A stretch of 64,000 nt of DNA from Trichosphaerium sp. ATCC 40318 (Eukaryota > Protista > Tubulinea). The notes beneath the pieces were generated by a model, which worked only from the letters and a program-made list of their open reading frames with translations, was not told where the DNA came from and did no database searches. Positions 1-12,960 of the stretch are shown here, in pieces (position 1 is the first letter of the stretch; the number at the start of each line of letters is the position of its first letter). Position numbers and translations under genes: made by a program. The stretch spans positions 744,001 through 808,000 of the forward strand of contig JALMLS010000093.1 of the NCBI GenBank assembly GCA_038496445.1, given 5' to 3'.

Positions 1-3000
1 CCCAATCATATGGAAGCTATCAGCAACCCAACTATGGTGGAAATCAGGCAGTCGTACCACAGGTAGGCAACAAAATATAGCTTTCCGTAAAACGTTAATT
101 TGTCCACAAAAGCCGAAACTTTACAAATTCGCGTTCTCATAAGAGCATATTTCTAATGCGTAATGAATATCTCATGATTTTTTTGTAGCCAAACTTCGGT
201 GCAAAACCTCTGCCGCCTCAACAGACGCCGCAGTATGGTAATCCTAGCCCAGTGCCAAATTATGGATCCAGCAACGGACAACTGCAAAGACAACCTAGCT
301 ATGGTTCTAATAACGGACAGCCACCACAAAACTATAATTATCAACCTCCTATTGCTGGTGGCCCAAAACAACCTCTGTATAGATCAAACAGTGGTGGACC
401 ACCTAACCAACCATACCCACAACCAGGGCCACCAAAACAACAATACTCACAACAGCCTGTTGTACCGCACCCACAACCTCTGTATAGGTCAGGCAGTGGC
501 GGACCACCTAATCAACCTTACCCACAACCAGGACCTCACAAACAACCATACCAACAACAACCCGGCGCTGGTCAACAGCAATACATGCCAAAACAACCGC
601 ACCCACAGTCTTTGTATAGGTCAAATAGTGGTGGTCCACCCAAACAACCTTATCCACAGCCAGGATCGCATAAACAAGCATACCCACAGCCAGTGTACAG
701 AGCAAATAGTGGCGGTCCACCTAACCAACCTTACCCACAACCTGGACCTCACAAGCAACCGTACCCACAACCTGGGGCACCAAAACAAATGTACAGAGCT
801 TTAAGTGGAGTTCAACCTTACAGGCAACCGGGGCCTCCAAAAAATAATGCGTATGCCAACCAGCCTCAAGGTCAACCATATGGACGTCCACAGCAAGTGT
901 ACGGGCAACCAAAGCAAGCAATGTTTAGACATGGATCTGGAGGTCAACCTCAACCAGTAATGGCGCCTAAAGGTAACTACCAGCCTGCTCCTAGAGGTAA
1001 TTCTGAAAGCGTTTTTTAATCCCTAAACTCACTCACTCAACAGATTCAGTACTTCGCAGTAGCTCTATGGGGTACCCAAAAGGACCAACACTAGCTAAAC
1101 GACCTCCATTGCGTACCAGTCAATCTGCATTGCAGCTTCCAAAAGGTGGATATGGAAAAATGTCTCCAGCTGCGCTTAACCTAGCACAAGGAGTATGTTG
1201 CATATTATTATTTTCTGCGCAATGTGAAAATTTGCTAATTTTTATGTAAGGGCTACCAACAAAATAGACTACCAAAGCTTGGTGTAATGTACTCGTAATC
1301 AGTTTAACTTAGCATATTAATATTCGTTTAGCCCCAAGCGTGCCTCACCAAGGAATACACCTCCATCATCTGGCCGCAAATCTAGCAATGCGTCATCACC
1401 TGCAAACGTTCGTTAACATTTCTATTTGGTACAGTTTTGTTTACCATACTGACTTGGCTTACCTAGTCATATCGATCATCTGGAAATGGTGTTGTTGTAA
1501 ACAAATCCAATAGCGGCTTACACAACTTCCCTTCATCAACTTTCAAGCCACCATTTGCTCAAAGACTAATTCTACGAAAGAATCGTATAACGAGCATTCC
1601 TTCAAAAATAAACCTCCTTGAGAGAACACTTGAAGAGCTTGACTTAGCTAATAATCTTATTAAAGAGCTTCATCCCAATATAGGTACGTTATACGTGAGA
1701 AAAGAACCATAAAAAAAAAACCTGCACGTGACTTTAAACTTACCTCTTTTTCTTTTCAGGTGTATTATCTAATCTACGTATTCTGTGTCTTGGAAATAAC
1801 AGGTTAAAGGAGCTTCCTTTTGCTATATTCCTTCTCACAAACCTTATCAAAATTGACGCACAACGTAATGAAATTTTGAACATTCCAAAGGATATTGCAA
1901 AGTTGGAACAATTGAGACACCTGAATATGTCTAACAATAAGCTCTTTAAACTCCCTGATTGCGTATGCGATCTAAAGGATATGGAGGAGTTGTTCCTCAG
2001 TCACAACCGTATCAAGAGTCTTCCAGAGAATATAAAAACGCTACCGAATCTAAAGACATTGGATATCGCAAATAACATTATGGGTGCATTCCCTAATGTG
2101 CCAACTATCAAAGATTTATCAATAGGGTTCAACAAAAAGCTTGGAGCCATACCACCAAGCATTGAATCGTTTTCTTTCCTCAAAGTTTTGGACTTCTCTG
2201 GAGTAAACTTGAAGTACGTTCCAAAAAGAAAGGTGATCACTTTTTCTTCACGTGCTAATTTTTTCAAAAGGGAAGTTCCTGCTTTATTGTACAAACTACC
2301 AAAGCTTGTTAAAATTGATTTAAGTCATAATGAACTTACTGGGTTGAGTGCACCTCCAGGAAAAGTCAAATGGAAGGTGTTAAACCTTAGCCACAATGAG
2401 TATGAGTTTACTTAAATACTTTCAACTGACATTTTTTCTTTACAGATTCACAGAGGTCCCTGCAACTTTGTTCAAATTTCTCTCATTGCGAGATCTCAAT
2501 TTGAGCAATAATAAAATTGTCAGCGTGCCAGCAGGTATTAGCGCTTTGCAGCAGTTGAAAGATTTGGATCTGGCTAGCAACAAAATACAGTCCCTTCCAT
2601 ATCAAATTGGTATGTATCTGATCGATTGCCACATAACCTTCATCGTGCTTATTCTTCTTTAGGTGAGATGAGCTCTTTAGATGTAGATATATCCAATAAT
2701 GAATTAAATACAATACCACGTGAAGTTGTAGTAAAAGGAAGTAAGGCTGTAATGAACTTTCTCAGACAACTCAAAGAGAAGGAACCTTGGATGAGAATGA
2801 AGCTTATGTTTGTTGGTCAAGAGTATGTCGGTAAGACATCTCTACAAATCAGTCTATCTTCAAACTACAGTAAAGAGGTACATGTGAGTAACAGCAAACA
2901 ATGAGTCTTACAGGATCTTTAGAAGCACCACATAAGAGAGAGAATTAAAAAAGGCGCAAACTCTGCGAGGAATAAACTTAAAAAGGAGAAAAAGAGCGCT

Positions 3001-6000
3001 TACACACCTACAGAGGATACAATTGCCACGGATGGTATAGATATCAAAGAGGTATTCTTTACGCACTTTGTGCTACATAAATTAACAGGGGTTTTTTGTT
3101 TAGTGGATACCAGCAACTGACTCTGAGTCTCCTCTTCGTTTCTCCACATGGGATTTTGCAGGTCAAGAGGTACCTCTTTTTTGAAGTTTTACTAAAATTT
3201 CTTCTCCTTGCTTCTTGATAATAACTTCTATTTTCGCTTAGGTTTACTACCCAACACATAATTTCTTCCTCACGAATCGTTGTATATACCTTATTGTCTT
3301 TAATCTTGTTGATGAAGAAAATTCTCGGTACAGCACTCTATAGTTAAAAATAGTTGTCCTAATAATGCGTGTAGTGTTGACTATTGGCTTAATACTGTAA
3401 ATGTGCGAACTGATAATTCTCCAGTGTACCTAGTAGGAACACATCGTGATGATAAACGCGTTGATAAAAAGTATTTGGAAGCATTGTGGAAGAAAATGAG
3501 AAAACAGTATCAAATCAAGTTTCCTTTTATTAAAGATTATGTTGCAGTAAGCTGCAAGTCAGGAAAAGGCAAGTATAATAGCTATTAGATCCATAGAATA
3601 TAGTTCTATATAGCTCAAAGCTTGCACAGCTTCATGTTTTCGTGTTGTATTAATTTTTTAAAAGGTATTGAAACTCTTCAACAAAAGCTTGTAAAGACAG
3701 CTCTTGAAGATTCTTCTATGAAAGCTATGGTTCCAAAGAGTTATATTATGCTTGAAAAACGTATATTAACTAACAAACGGACGAACCGAGTACTGAACAT
3801 TCCCGAGTTTAAGTACGTCTTCATTGTTTTCTTCTTCCCCTTTGTAACCTTCGTTTTAGCAAAATTGTTCTTGAGTGTGGTACTGCCAGTGAGGATGTTT
3901 CATCAGCTGTAGAATTCATGAACAACGTACGCTCTTAAACCGTAAAAACAACAAAGATATAATTGTTCTATCCGTATAGGTTGGTATCATTACACATTTC
4001 TCAGATAATAAAGGAGGTCTTCAAGACCTTGTTATTCTTGATCCTCAATGGATGGCTGATCTAATGTCATCTATTATTACTTTAAAACATAATTATGCAT
4101 CAAAAGGTACGTCACTAGGCTGAAGAGACCTACAGTTCTAGATTTTTGTACATTCTTGCCTTCTGTTAGATAACTCATTTTCAGGTATCTTATTGGATAG
4201 TAATCTTCCTCAAATATGGAAGAATTATCCTCCTGAAAAGTATGATGGACTTTTGAGCGTCCTTGAGAAATTTGAGATATCCTTCAGGATAAAAGTAAGT
4301 TTCTTTTAAATAGCTTTCACGTGCGTGTGCTCACACTATTTTTTTAAAGGCAAACAGTCAAGGTGTTGGTCGTAGTATTATACCTAGTCTACTACCAGAT
4401 GAGCTGGGTCAAGATGTAATGAGAAAAGAATGGACTAACCTAACAGATCCAAATGTTTGGGTACGTCTTTTTCTTTTACAACAAAGTACTGACGAGCCTC
4501 AAGGAGCCTATGCAACAAGGACGTATCTATCAGCTTCGTTTTGCACCACACGGTCTCTTTAGTCGCTTGATTGTACGAACGTATCACTTACCAAGCCTTG
4601 ATCCAATCACATATTGGTACGCTCGCGAACTGTTTTTTTTTTGCTATTTGTTCTTATGTATTTTAAAAGGAAATCCGGTATGATTGTAGAACGTAAGCAT
4701 CAACGTGCTTTGCTTGAATTCAATACTTCAAAATTCTTCTTGAAGATTCAAGTAAGGACCAAGAAAGGTGCTGATGGGAAGAGTAGACTGTTGCGCCATT
4801 TGGTAGAAAACGTTGAGACGTTACTCAAAGGTACATGAAATAGATATTAATCAACTTGAAAGTTTGTAAAAAACAAGTATTTGAAACTAATGTTTGTGTT
4901 TTGTAGGATGGTACAAGGCATCTGTTAAAGTTGTTGTACCATACTGGAGAACCTTGAATGAAGATAGAACGACAGTTGTATGGCCTTATGAGGATGTACT
5001 CAATGCTGTTAAGGAAGGCAGAGAAACAATTTCAGCAACACCAAATGTACGTTAGAATTGCATTAAATGTTTTGATTTTTTGCCTTAGTCTGGTGCACCT
5101 GTAACAGTAAAGATTGAAGAAGTTGCGCCAGATATATCATTTGCAGATGTTAAAGAAATCACACTTGACTATAAAGAGATTGTACTCGGTGATAAGGTTG
5201 CAGAAGGTGGCTACGCTGCTCTTCATAAGGTATTTTATTCAGTTTGTTAGTACAGAAATTAACAACTCTTCAGGGAACTTACAAGGGCGAAGAGGTTGCT
5301 GTTAAACTACTTCATGCTATAGGAAGCGATGTAGAAGTATTTCAAGAGCTTCAACATGAGACTTGGGTCATGAGGTAAAACGAGAAACAAGAATACGTTA
5401 TTTTTCTAATCCTTATTGTAGTAAGTTGAAACATGATAATATTGTTGGTCTTCGTGGTATTTGTATTAAACCTTTGTGTATGGTTATGGACTTTTTCCAT
5501 CTTGGTTCTTTAGATAGTCATGTAGGAGAAGATAAAGAAGACCTTGGGTATGTTCATTCGTTGTAAGTATTCAAGAACTAAAATTGTTCTTTAGATGGCC
5601 TTATCGTCTTCGACTTGCTAAAGATATTGCTCATGGTATGGCATACTTACATTCTGAAGATTTACTTCATCGTGATTTAAGATCACCTAATGTACTGGTA
5701 AGTTGTTTTATTCAGTATCCATAAGACTGTGGGGAGGCTAAGTAAACCAACAACATAATTATTTACCTCTTTTTTTGTAGTTGGTTTCCAAAGATGTAGA
5801 TAATAGGATAGTTGCTAAAGTGGCTGATTTTGGTACAGCGGTAGCTGTTGCATCGGCAATGGCCGGTGGTGACTTTAACGAGAGGTATGATCGCTCTTTT
5901 GTCAAAACAAATACACTTTTCGTTGTGAATCATTTAATGCATTATGTACTGATTGTTGCCTTCTACAGATGGACAGCACCAGAAATACTAAGAGAAGATA

Positions 6001-6387
6001 AATATGATCATAAAGTAGACGTTTATAGTTACGCAATAGTGTTATATGTACGTGATTTACAACTCTTTGACAAAAAAAAGTAAACAGCTGTTTTTGACTT
6101 TGATTAAAAATCAACTGAGTCAACTGCAATCAAAATCAGCTTTTGACTTATGTTCTTTCTAGGAGATTTTACAAAAAGGAGCACCTTTCTATGAGTATGA
6201 AAAAGAATTTGAAGGTAAATCAAGGATTGAGTTTGAAGAACGTATTATTGGTGGTATGCGTCCTGGTATACCTTCAGATACACCTAAGGATTATCATGAC
6301 TTGTTGGAAATATGTTGGCAGGATGATAAAACCTCTAGACCTGGATTTATTAAAATAATTGAAATACTTGATAATTTTAAACAATGA
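1..6387 (+). CDS. Roco-family protein kinase (P/Q-rich N-terminus, LRR, ROC GTPase, COR, TKL kinase); multi-exon, 5' end outside the window
   Basis: LRR exons at ~1500-2720. ROC motifs MKLMFVGQEYVGKTSL, TDGIDI, WDFAGQE.YYPTH.FFL, LVGTHRD, VSCKSG. COR motif VILDPQWMADLMSSII. Kinase motifs VAVK, LHRDLRSPNVL, VADFG, RWTAPE, KVDVYSYA. Stop TGA at 6385-6387. Confidence 0.93.
370..950 (+). repeat. Coding repeats (LYRSNSGGPPNQPYPQPGPHKQ)n in the Roco N-terminus
   Basis: Four well-conserved and two degenerate copies in ORF 252..1019, also visible at DNA level. Confidence 0.85.
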
Positions 6388-6839
6388 TTGACAACCCCAA
6401 TATATTTTTGTGGAGCCATGTACTTGGAATAATAATAAAAATAAAGTGTATAAAGTACAAAAGTTGAAAAAAACTGCAGTATAGTTGTATCTTAAGCTTC
6501 GTTGGTATCTTATGTAAACTTACAGACAAGTCGTTAGACAAAGGTGAGCACTAATTTGACCTAATGAAGTGCATGTTATTATTAGGTACTAAGATTTGGT
6601 AGTGTAATGTACCGCCTGGCTTACGGCTGTCAACTGTAATCAGCCTAAAAAACCTAATCTCCTCACTCTTTAAATATGTTTTACCAATACCAAGAAACGT
6701 CATGCATGTAAAATGTTTTCATTTAAAACAATTACACAAGGAATAGATACAAATTTTATATAGTTGACATTCTTTATTAATCTTTAGTGCATACCGTTGA
6801 TAAACATTAATATGGTATTACTAGCATTGCTCTACCAAG

Positions 6840-8420
6840 TTAGTATTTGGACCAGCAGTTTTTTTGAATAATACTAACGCTTGTAGCTTTGTCTTGCGTA
6901 CATAAACTTACATAAAATTTGTACGAATTGCATCCAGTATCAACTAAATCAAATCCAATAGTCTCTTTCTGGTTTATCAAAAATGATGCACTTTTTTTGT
7001 CCATGTCTAATGTAATGCCACCAACATCTAAAAAGTATCAAAAACTTATGGTATTTTTGAAGGGTAACATAAAGAAACTGATTTGTACCATGTGTTAGTT
7101 TTTCATATTCCATGTCACTTGATTGATAGTAAATTCTTTTATACCATCCATCATATTCAACTGAACACACTCCTAATGCATTTGCTGCAGTCTCATTATT
7201 AGGACATACTCCAAAGGAGATCCATTTCTGTCCTCCTTCTACTCTATTGCTAAAATAAGACAAAATAACAAAACTTGTATGTACTTGAATTCTACATGAT
7301 GAATACCAAAAGAATAGGCACCATTTAGATATATTGTACAATCCCCAGTGCCTAATATTTTAGTAATTTGTTAGAACAATTATTTTAGTATGAACCTACC
7401 TCCAACATTTTGCTTGAACATAACTGTTTGATTGACCTCTGAACAAATTAATTGGGAGTCCATGTTATCTCTTGTAAATTGCCAAGGAACTCGTTCAGAT
7501 AATGTTTTGACAGCTCGTTCCAACGTTTTAACAGATCCTTTCAACATTTTATTTGATTGTTCCAACGTTTTATTTGATTGTTCCAACGTTTTAACAGATC
7601 CTTTCAACGTTTTATTTGATTGTTCCAACGTTTTAACAGATCCTTCCAACGTTTTATTTTTAGCCCAAAGTTTTTCTACCTTCAAATGGCGTCAATAACC
7701 AAGTGTTACCTCAAATACTTATTTAACATACAAGATCTGCCAAATCACGTATAGAAGGCTCCGATTCACGTGTTAAAATAAATGAGAATGACTTTGCCCC
7801 CAACACATCTTCTTCATTTATGGCGAGCGATAACTTATTGTCCCTGAATGAAAGCAACATAGAAAACCCAGATTGCTTAGTTGACATTAAAAACAAAATT
7901 TTTTCTCTTTAAAAAGCGGACCCACGTTTTTTCCGAATTTTTCGAAAGAAAAAATTCGAAAAAATAGAATTCGATACAAAAACCGAATGCCTATACCCAC
8001 CAATGGATCACTATATGTGAACGAAGGTCGGGTTCTAGTTCCGAGCACAGCGAGGACCCGACCGTATGTGAACCAGGCGCTTTCTAGTTAAGTGGACTGC
8101 CCTAGCTATGCATCTTTCTACACTTTCGAATTTTTGTTTTCGGAAAATTCGGAAAAAACTTTATCCCCTTAAAAAGTTGTATAACTTACCTCTGATTCGG
8201 CCAGTTTAACCATTTTGAACACTTGCTGGAGCGAACGACACCTTCCTTCGGTCATTTCGACCCCTTCTGAGTCATTTGAAATATTTAAAGAAAATCTGCG
8301 TAGGAGTCCTTTAGCTGTGATGCTCAGACACTCCGATAGCTCTAATGAAAACTCTAGGTCGTTTCTATTGAATGAAAACGTTTGCGTATCTGCCTCTACG
8401 CTATTGTTATCTGCTGCCAT
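6840..8420 (-). CDS. Globular head + heptad coiled coil + SPRY/B30.2-like domain protein (multi-exon)
   Basis: Exon 8420-8190 splices across intron 8189-7876 to QSGFSMLL..., then the (KTLEQSN/KTLKGSV)n coil, then GIHHVEF, WISFGVC and DVGGITLDMDKKSASFLIN (SPRY-type strand pattern). Stop TAA at 6842-6840. Confidence 0.72.
7501..7660. repeat. 21-bp coding tandem repeat with two alternating variants, encoding heptads
   Basis: Units ttccaacgttttatttgattg and ttccaacgttttaacagatcc, about 7-8 copies. Confidence 0.9.
7917..8168. mobile_element. Non-autonomous TIR element (MITE-like), 252 bp, 8-bp TSD TTAAAAAG, inside an intron
   Basis: Imperfect inverted repeats: gttttttccgaatttttcgaaagaaaaaattcgaaa versus the reverse complement of tttcgaatttttgttttcggaaaattcggaaaaaac. 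TTAAAAAG at 7909-7916 and 8169-8176, placed symmetrically about the repeats. Confidence 0.75.
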
Positions 8421-8674
8421 TTATAACGCTGTATGATGTAATAAATATGAAATTGTTTGACACGTGACTACTTTTTTTTAACAGGAACTGACTTCCTGTC
8501 CTGTAGGAAATGTGTAACACAAAAACAGTGTTGACAACCTCACTTGTAGATAATAACGTATCTAATGTACCTCAGAGTTATGAGATTTGTAGCCGTTTAA
8601 GACATGCTAAGCGGTGACTATCTCAAAGCCATTTCCTTGTTGGTCCGTTTATCAAAAAAGCAAAGCTATTGGCA

Positions 8675-9418
8675 ATGATCAACATACAAGCGGACATATT
8701 CACTGGCAAAAACAGAAAGCGTAATAGATTGACTGATCGCACACATGCGATAAGGAAACCTCATGAATGGGAACAAATGTGGGCAGATGAAGAGCTTGCA
8801 AAGGAGTACAAACAGCAAAACAAAAAAGTGAAGCGAGAAAGGAAGAATGACGTTGATTTCCTTCTTGATCTACACAAGAAGCTTGAGTCAGAACGTGCAG
8901 AGATAGCTAACGTGTTTACTGAACATTTAACCGAAAACACTATTGCGTACTTACTTTCTCTTGAAACAACCTTCAAAGACCTTCTAAACAAACAAGACGG
9001 CGAATTTGAGGTTTTTAAGCCTCGAGAGATCATCCACTGTCAAGCCGTTTATCTCGCAGCGTCACTCTACAAGTTGAAGTATACAACGAGTAAAAACCGA
9101 GCTCTATACTCAAGACGTATGAAAAACAACGACACAGTCACTGTCTTCAAAACAGCAACATCAAGAACTCCAAATGTGAGTCTACGTCAACTGACTCAGT
9201 GCTTTTCTCCCAGAAGACAGAGAGTTAAACAAAAAATACTATTCACTGGAACAGATTTTAAGTGTGTTTCTCCTTGTATTCCAAGTGAGATTCTGTTGAA
9301 GATTTTCGTGCATCTGGATCTTATGTATCATGTTCTAGAAGCTTCTATGGTGTGTAAAAGATGGTATTTAGCATCAACAGATAAGTATATGCTTCTTAGA
9401 ATAGCTGGGTTATGTTGA
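8675..9418 (+). CDS. Protein with C-terminal F-box; no intron within this ORF
   Basis: IPSEILLKIFVHLD...EASMVCKRWYLASTD is a canonical F-box at the end of the ORF. Start uncertain. Confidence 0.75.
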   Translation: MINIQADIFTGKNRKRNRLTDRTHAIRKPHEWEQMWADEELAKEYKQQNKKVKRERKNDVDFLLDLHKKLESERAEIANVFTEHLTENTIAYLLSLETTFKDLLNKQDGEFEVFKPREIIHCQAVYLAASLYKLKYTTSKNRALYSRRMKNNDTVTVFKTATSRTPNVSLRQLTQCFSPRRQRVKQKILFTGTDFKCVSPCIPSEILLKIFVHLDLMYHVLEASMVCKRWYLASTDKYMLLRIAGLC

Positions 9419-9528
9419 CAACGACGAAAAAAAACAACAAAAAAAAATGTACCATAGAAATAGTAAAAGAAAAACTTGCACGCTCTTTGACTGTTTGTGT
9501 AGATAATATAAATCTTTAACGTTCTTTT

Positions 9529-11058
9529 TTATTGGTCCTTTTGAGCAAAGTAAAGTAATCCACTCTTAAATTGTTCATCTAAGCGGAATCATAAGTACAA
9601 TGGGAAGACCACAAATACAAACAAAGAAAAAAAAAATCAAGATTCATTTCAACCGTCAAAATTAAACGTACAAGCTGCAATTGTTATAGCACATCCAGGA
9701 GCAATCCATAACATCCTAGCACCAAGACCTCGCGTGAATGCCCTACAATCACGTGTTAACAATCGAGTATAGGCAAGCATGCTCTCGCAAAGAAATCTGC
9801 ACTTACCTGTAACCTTCTTTGTATACTATATCATTCCAAGCAGCAGTAAAACCGGCATATCTTGTAGCTGACGCCTAAAAAAAAAAGGAAGTACATGTGA
9901 GAAAGACAATTACTCATGTAAAAAAGAAAATAAAAATGATGGAAATCAGCAAACTTACTTTGCTTTGAACTTGAATACGTGTCTTTATAACGTCTAAAGG
10001 ACAAGTAACACCAGCTGCAATAGCACCAGAAACTCCACCACAAACTAATAAATCAAAATTTAGTGAATCACGTGATGTTCCCGTGCTTACATAATTGTAA
10101 CGATAAATGCATTTTGTCAGGTTCAACACCTAAAATCAACAATTAGAAGAACTCGACCCTTTGATCACGTGATAAACAATTAGTATCGTAAATATTATTT
10201 ATTGTACCTTGCCATGCTGAAAAATATTTTTTGCCTAACTCATAACATACAAAGTATATACCAACAAAAGGACCGTACGTCAATACACCAGGAACAAAAC
10301 CCTACAATATCTGTTGAGAGCACGTTTTTTTTTGTTATTTTCACCCAAAAAGAAAAAGAAGTCACGTGATATGTACCCGAAAGAATCCTCTGAATCCCTC
10401 CTCTTTGTAAATGGACCTCATACCATCTATTGTGTTTTTATACTGTCCTGTTTGTAGTCTTTGTTTGACAACGTCCTTTCAATTGATGGTAAACAAACGG
10501 AACAACTTGCAATCAAAAAAAAACTCTTCGAGAAAACTTTTTTAATACTCACCATCGGTGTCCATACTAAAGCACCCATAAATTCGGCTATAAGGCCGGC
10601 TTGAAAATGAACCAATGGTCCTTTCTCCTCAATAGGCACGTTTGGCTGAATATACTTTTTTCCAGCTTCATAGCCAACAAAATACAACGCGTGCGCTGGA
10701 GTAGTGAAAGCAGCAACTGGTGAAGTGTCAAAATGGTGTTTTTGCGCGTCTAAAATGTACCTATGCCAAACCCGCGATAAAACGCTCTGTATCCGTCACT
10801 TTTTGCGATTTTATAGAAAGCATCGACTGTATTCTTGTATACGATGTTGTTTGATCGCTTTTACGTGTTAATGTCACAAAGTGAATAATAAAGTACCTGT
10901 ATCTGCAAATTTGCGCGTATAGTATCAACTGGGTGAACAGCGCCATCAGCAACTAACCCTGAACTCAACATGTAAGTAGACATAGAGACCAGCGTAAAAC
11001 GTGTACCAGCCAAAGCGCCACCAATGAAATGCACTGCAGGTGCATCTTTCTCTGTCAT
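9529..11058 (-). CDS. Mitochondrial carrier (SLC25) family protein
   Basis: Three PxDxxK/R signatures (HPVDTIRANLQ, TPMDVVKQRLQ, CPLDVIKTRIQ), plus YFVGYE and WIAPGCAITIAAYE. Confidence 0.92.
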
Positions 11059-11353
11059 TTGCCAACGTCAAAGGCTTTCTAATAACGTATTATGATATTT
11101 ACGGACAAAGACGGTATTGTCTATTCTCGTTCACATTTTACAGCTCTACAATTATAGAGCATACATTTATTACTACGCTAAAGTGTTTAGGTAGTACTTG
11201 GTAAGAGAAATTCCGCTGCTTTTCGGTTTTTCTACTTCCCCGTCGTTGCAAACTACGTGCTATATTCACGTGTTGCTTGTGAACTATTAATATAGTTTCT
11301 ATTACCTACAAGCACAAGAGCAGCCTTTAGAGCGCAAAAAGCTTATTTTTCAA

Positions 11354-12960
11354 ATGGAAGGACCCGATTACGATGCAGCGGCCTATAGCAATAGAAAGAA
11401 GCGTAAAAGGTACAAAAGCGTTCTTTGCAAAAGCGAATACCTAAAACGTGATAGACAAGAGCCTTCACGCCAGCCCGAAGAGGCTGCAAGTGAAGCACGC
11501 AGGAAGTCACATAAGATAGCTGAAAAGCGAAGAAGGGACAAAATAAACGAAAAAATCAAACAACTAGATGCTCTATTACCACACCAAGCTAACGGGGCGA
11601 AAACCAGCAGTAGTAGAAATAAGGCGCAAATTCTTGACAAAGCCATCAACTACATAAAACGCCTAGAAAAGATGTACGCTGGTCTTTACCATCAAAATAT
11701 GAGCCTTTTGGAAGAGGCTTCCAGAACTAGAGGCGAAATTGTGAGGCTTCAAGCTGTGCAAATGCAACTTGCAAACAATGCGCAACTAGCAGGTTCACCT
11801 GCACAAATGAGGCCAAACGAACAACGTGCACAAGGAAATGAACAAGTTGCACCAACACAAGCAATAGAGGTTAAAAACCCTTCTAAACCCACCGAAGACG
11901 GTAATGGAATGACCACACCAGCGAGTAAGTAAAAACGTGTTCTAATAATTTATTATTCTTTCCTCGTCTCTTTTTGCTCTACAAACGTTAAATCTACTTC
12001 TGAAACTAATTAACGGAAAAGGTAACAACCCAGAATCACAAAATGCCCTTAGTGGCTACTTGCTGAATAAAGCAGCAAATACGGGCGTAGGACAACCTAT
12101 GATGAACCCAAACGGCTTCTACAACATGCAGGGCATGTCACCACAACAAGCAGCTCTCCTGGCGAACCATGCTGCGATGCAACAAGCAGCTAGTGAGGTT
12201 GCTACAGCTAATGTGATCGCTTCTATGCAAGGCGGTATGCCACCTCAAAGTACGCCAAAGATAGATAAAAGGAATTTTTCATTTTAGGCTTTTTCCGTTA
12301 GCTACGCTTGGGCTTTTGCGTTACTAACTGCGTTGTGTAGTGATGTACAGTTACGCAATGGGCGCTATTCCTCAAAATATGCCTCAAAATATGCAGCCAA
12401 CAATGGCTCAAAACGTTCCACATGTCGCGTACGCGCCGCCAAACGGTGGTTTACCCACAGCTATGCTACGAGGGAGTACGTACAAATTTTATTCATAAAT
12501 TTCGCTCATTTTTTACTTTTAGTCGCTCCTGCACAAGCACAAACAGCCTCAGTGGCACCGCCGCCAGTCAGAAAACAAGCTAATGGCGTTAATCCTAATA
12601 ACCCTAACAATATGACATCACAACAGCTGGTAGTACCTCAGGTTGTTCAAGCCGCTCAAGCTGTTCAAGCTGTTCAAGCCATCCAAGCAGTACAAGCAAT
12701 ACAAGCAACGCCAGTGCAACCATCACAACAAACACAGACTGAGCAACCAACACAAGCAGTTCAAGCTTTGGTACGTTTAAAGCCTTCTGCGCTACACGTG
12801 TTGCAGATCTAGCCATATTTGTGCTAATTAAATTGCTGTAGGTTGCTACACCAACTCAAAATATATCGCCAATCCCTTCAGGTACACTTACTTGTTTTTG
12901 TATGATGGTTTTGACGTTTCTCCAGACAGTAAAATGAGGTCTACAGAATCTTTACAGTGA
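11354..12960 (+). CDS. bHLH(-ZIP) transcription factor of the CACGTG-binding class (Cbf1/USF/Max-like), Q/A-rich C-terminus
   Basis: RRKSHKIAEKRRRDKINEKIKQLDALLP...NKAQILDKAINYIKRLE with the H-E-R basic-region residues. Confidence 0.88.

Noticed and set aside
370-950. Spaced direct repeats resembling a CRISPR array
   Set aside because: In-frame coding repeats in a eukaryotic exon, with related spacers and no cas genes.
8000-8110. Possible HDV-like or hammerhead ribozyme in the intronic element (TCCTCGC on the minus strand)
   Set aside because: I could not build the nested pseudoknot or find the hammerhead core.
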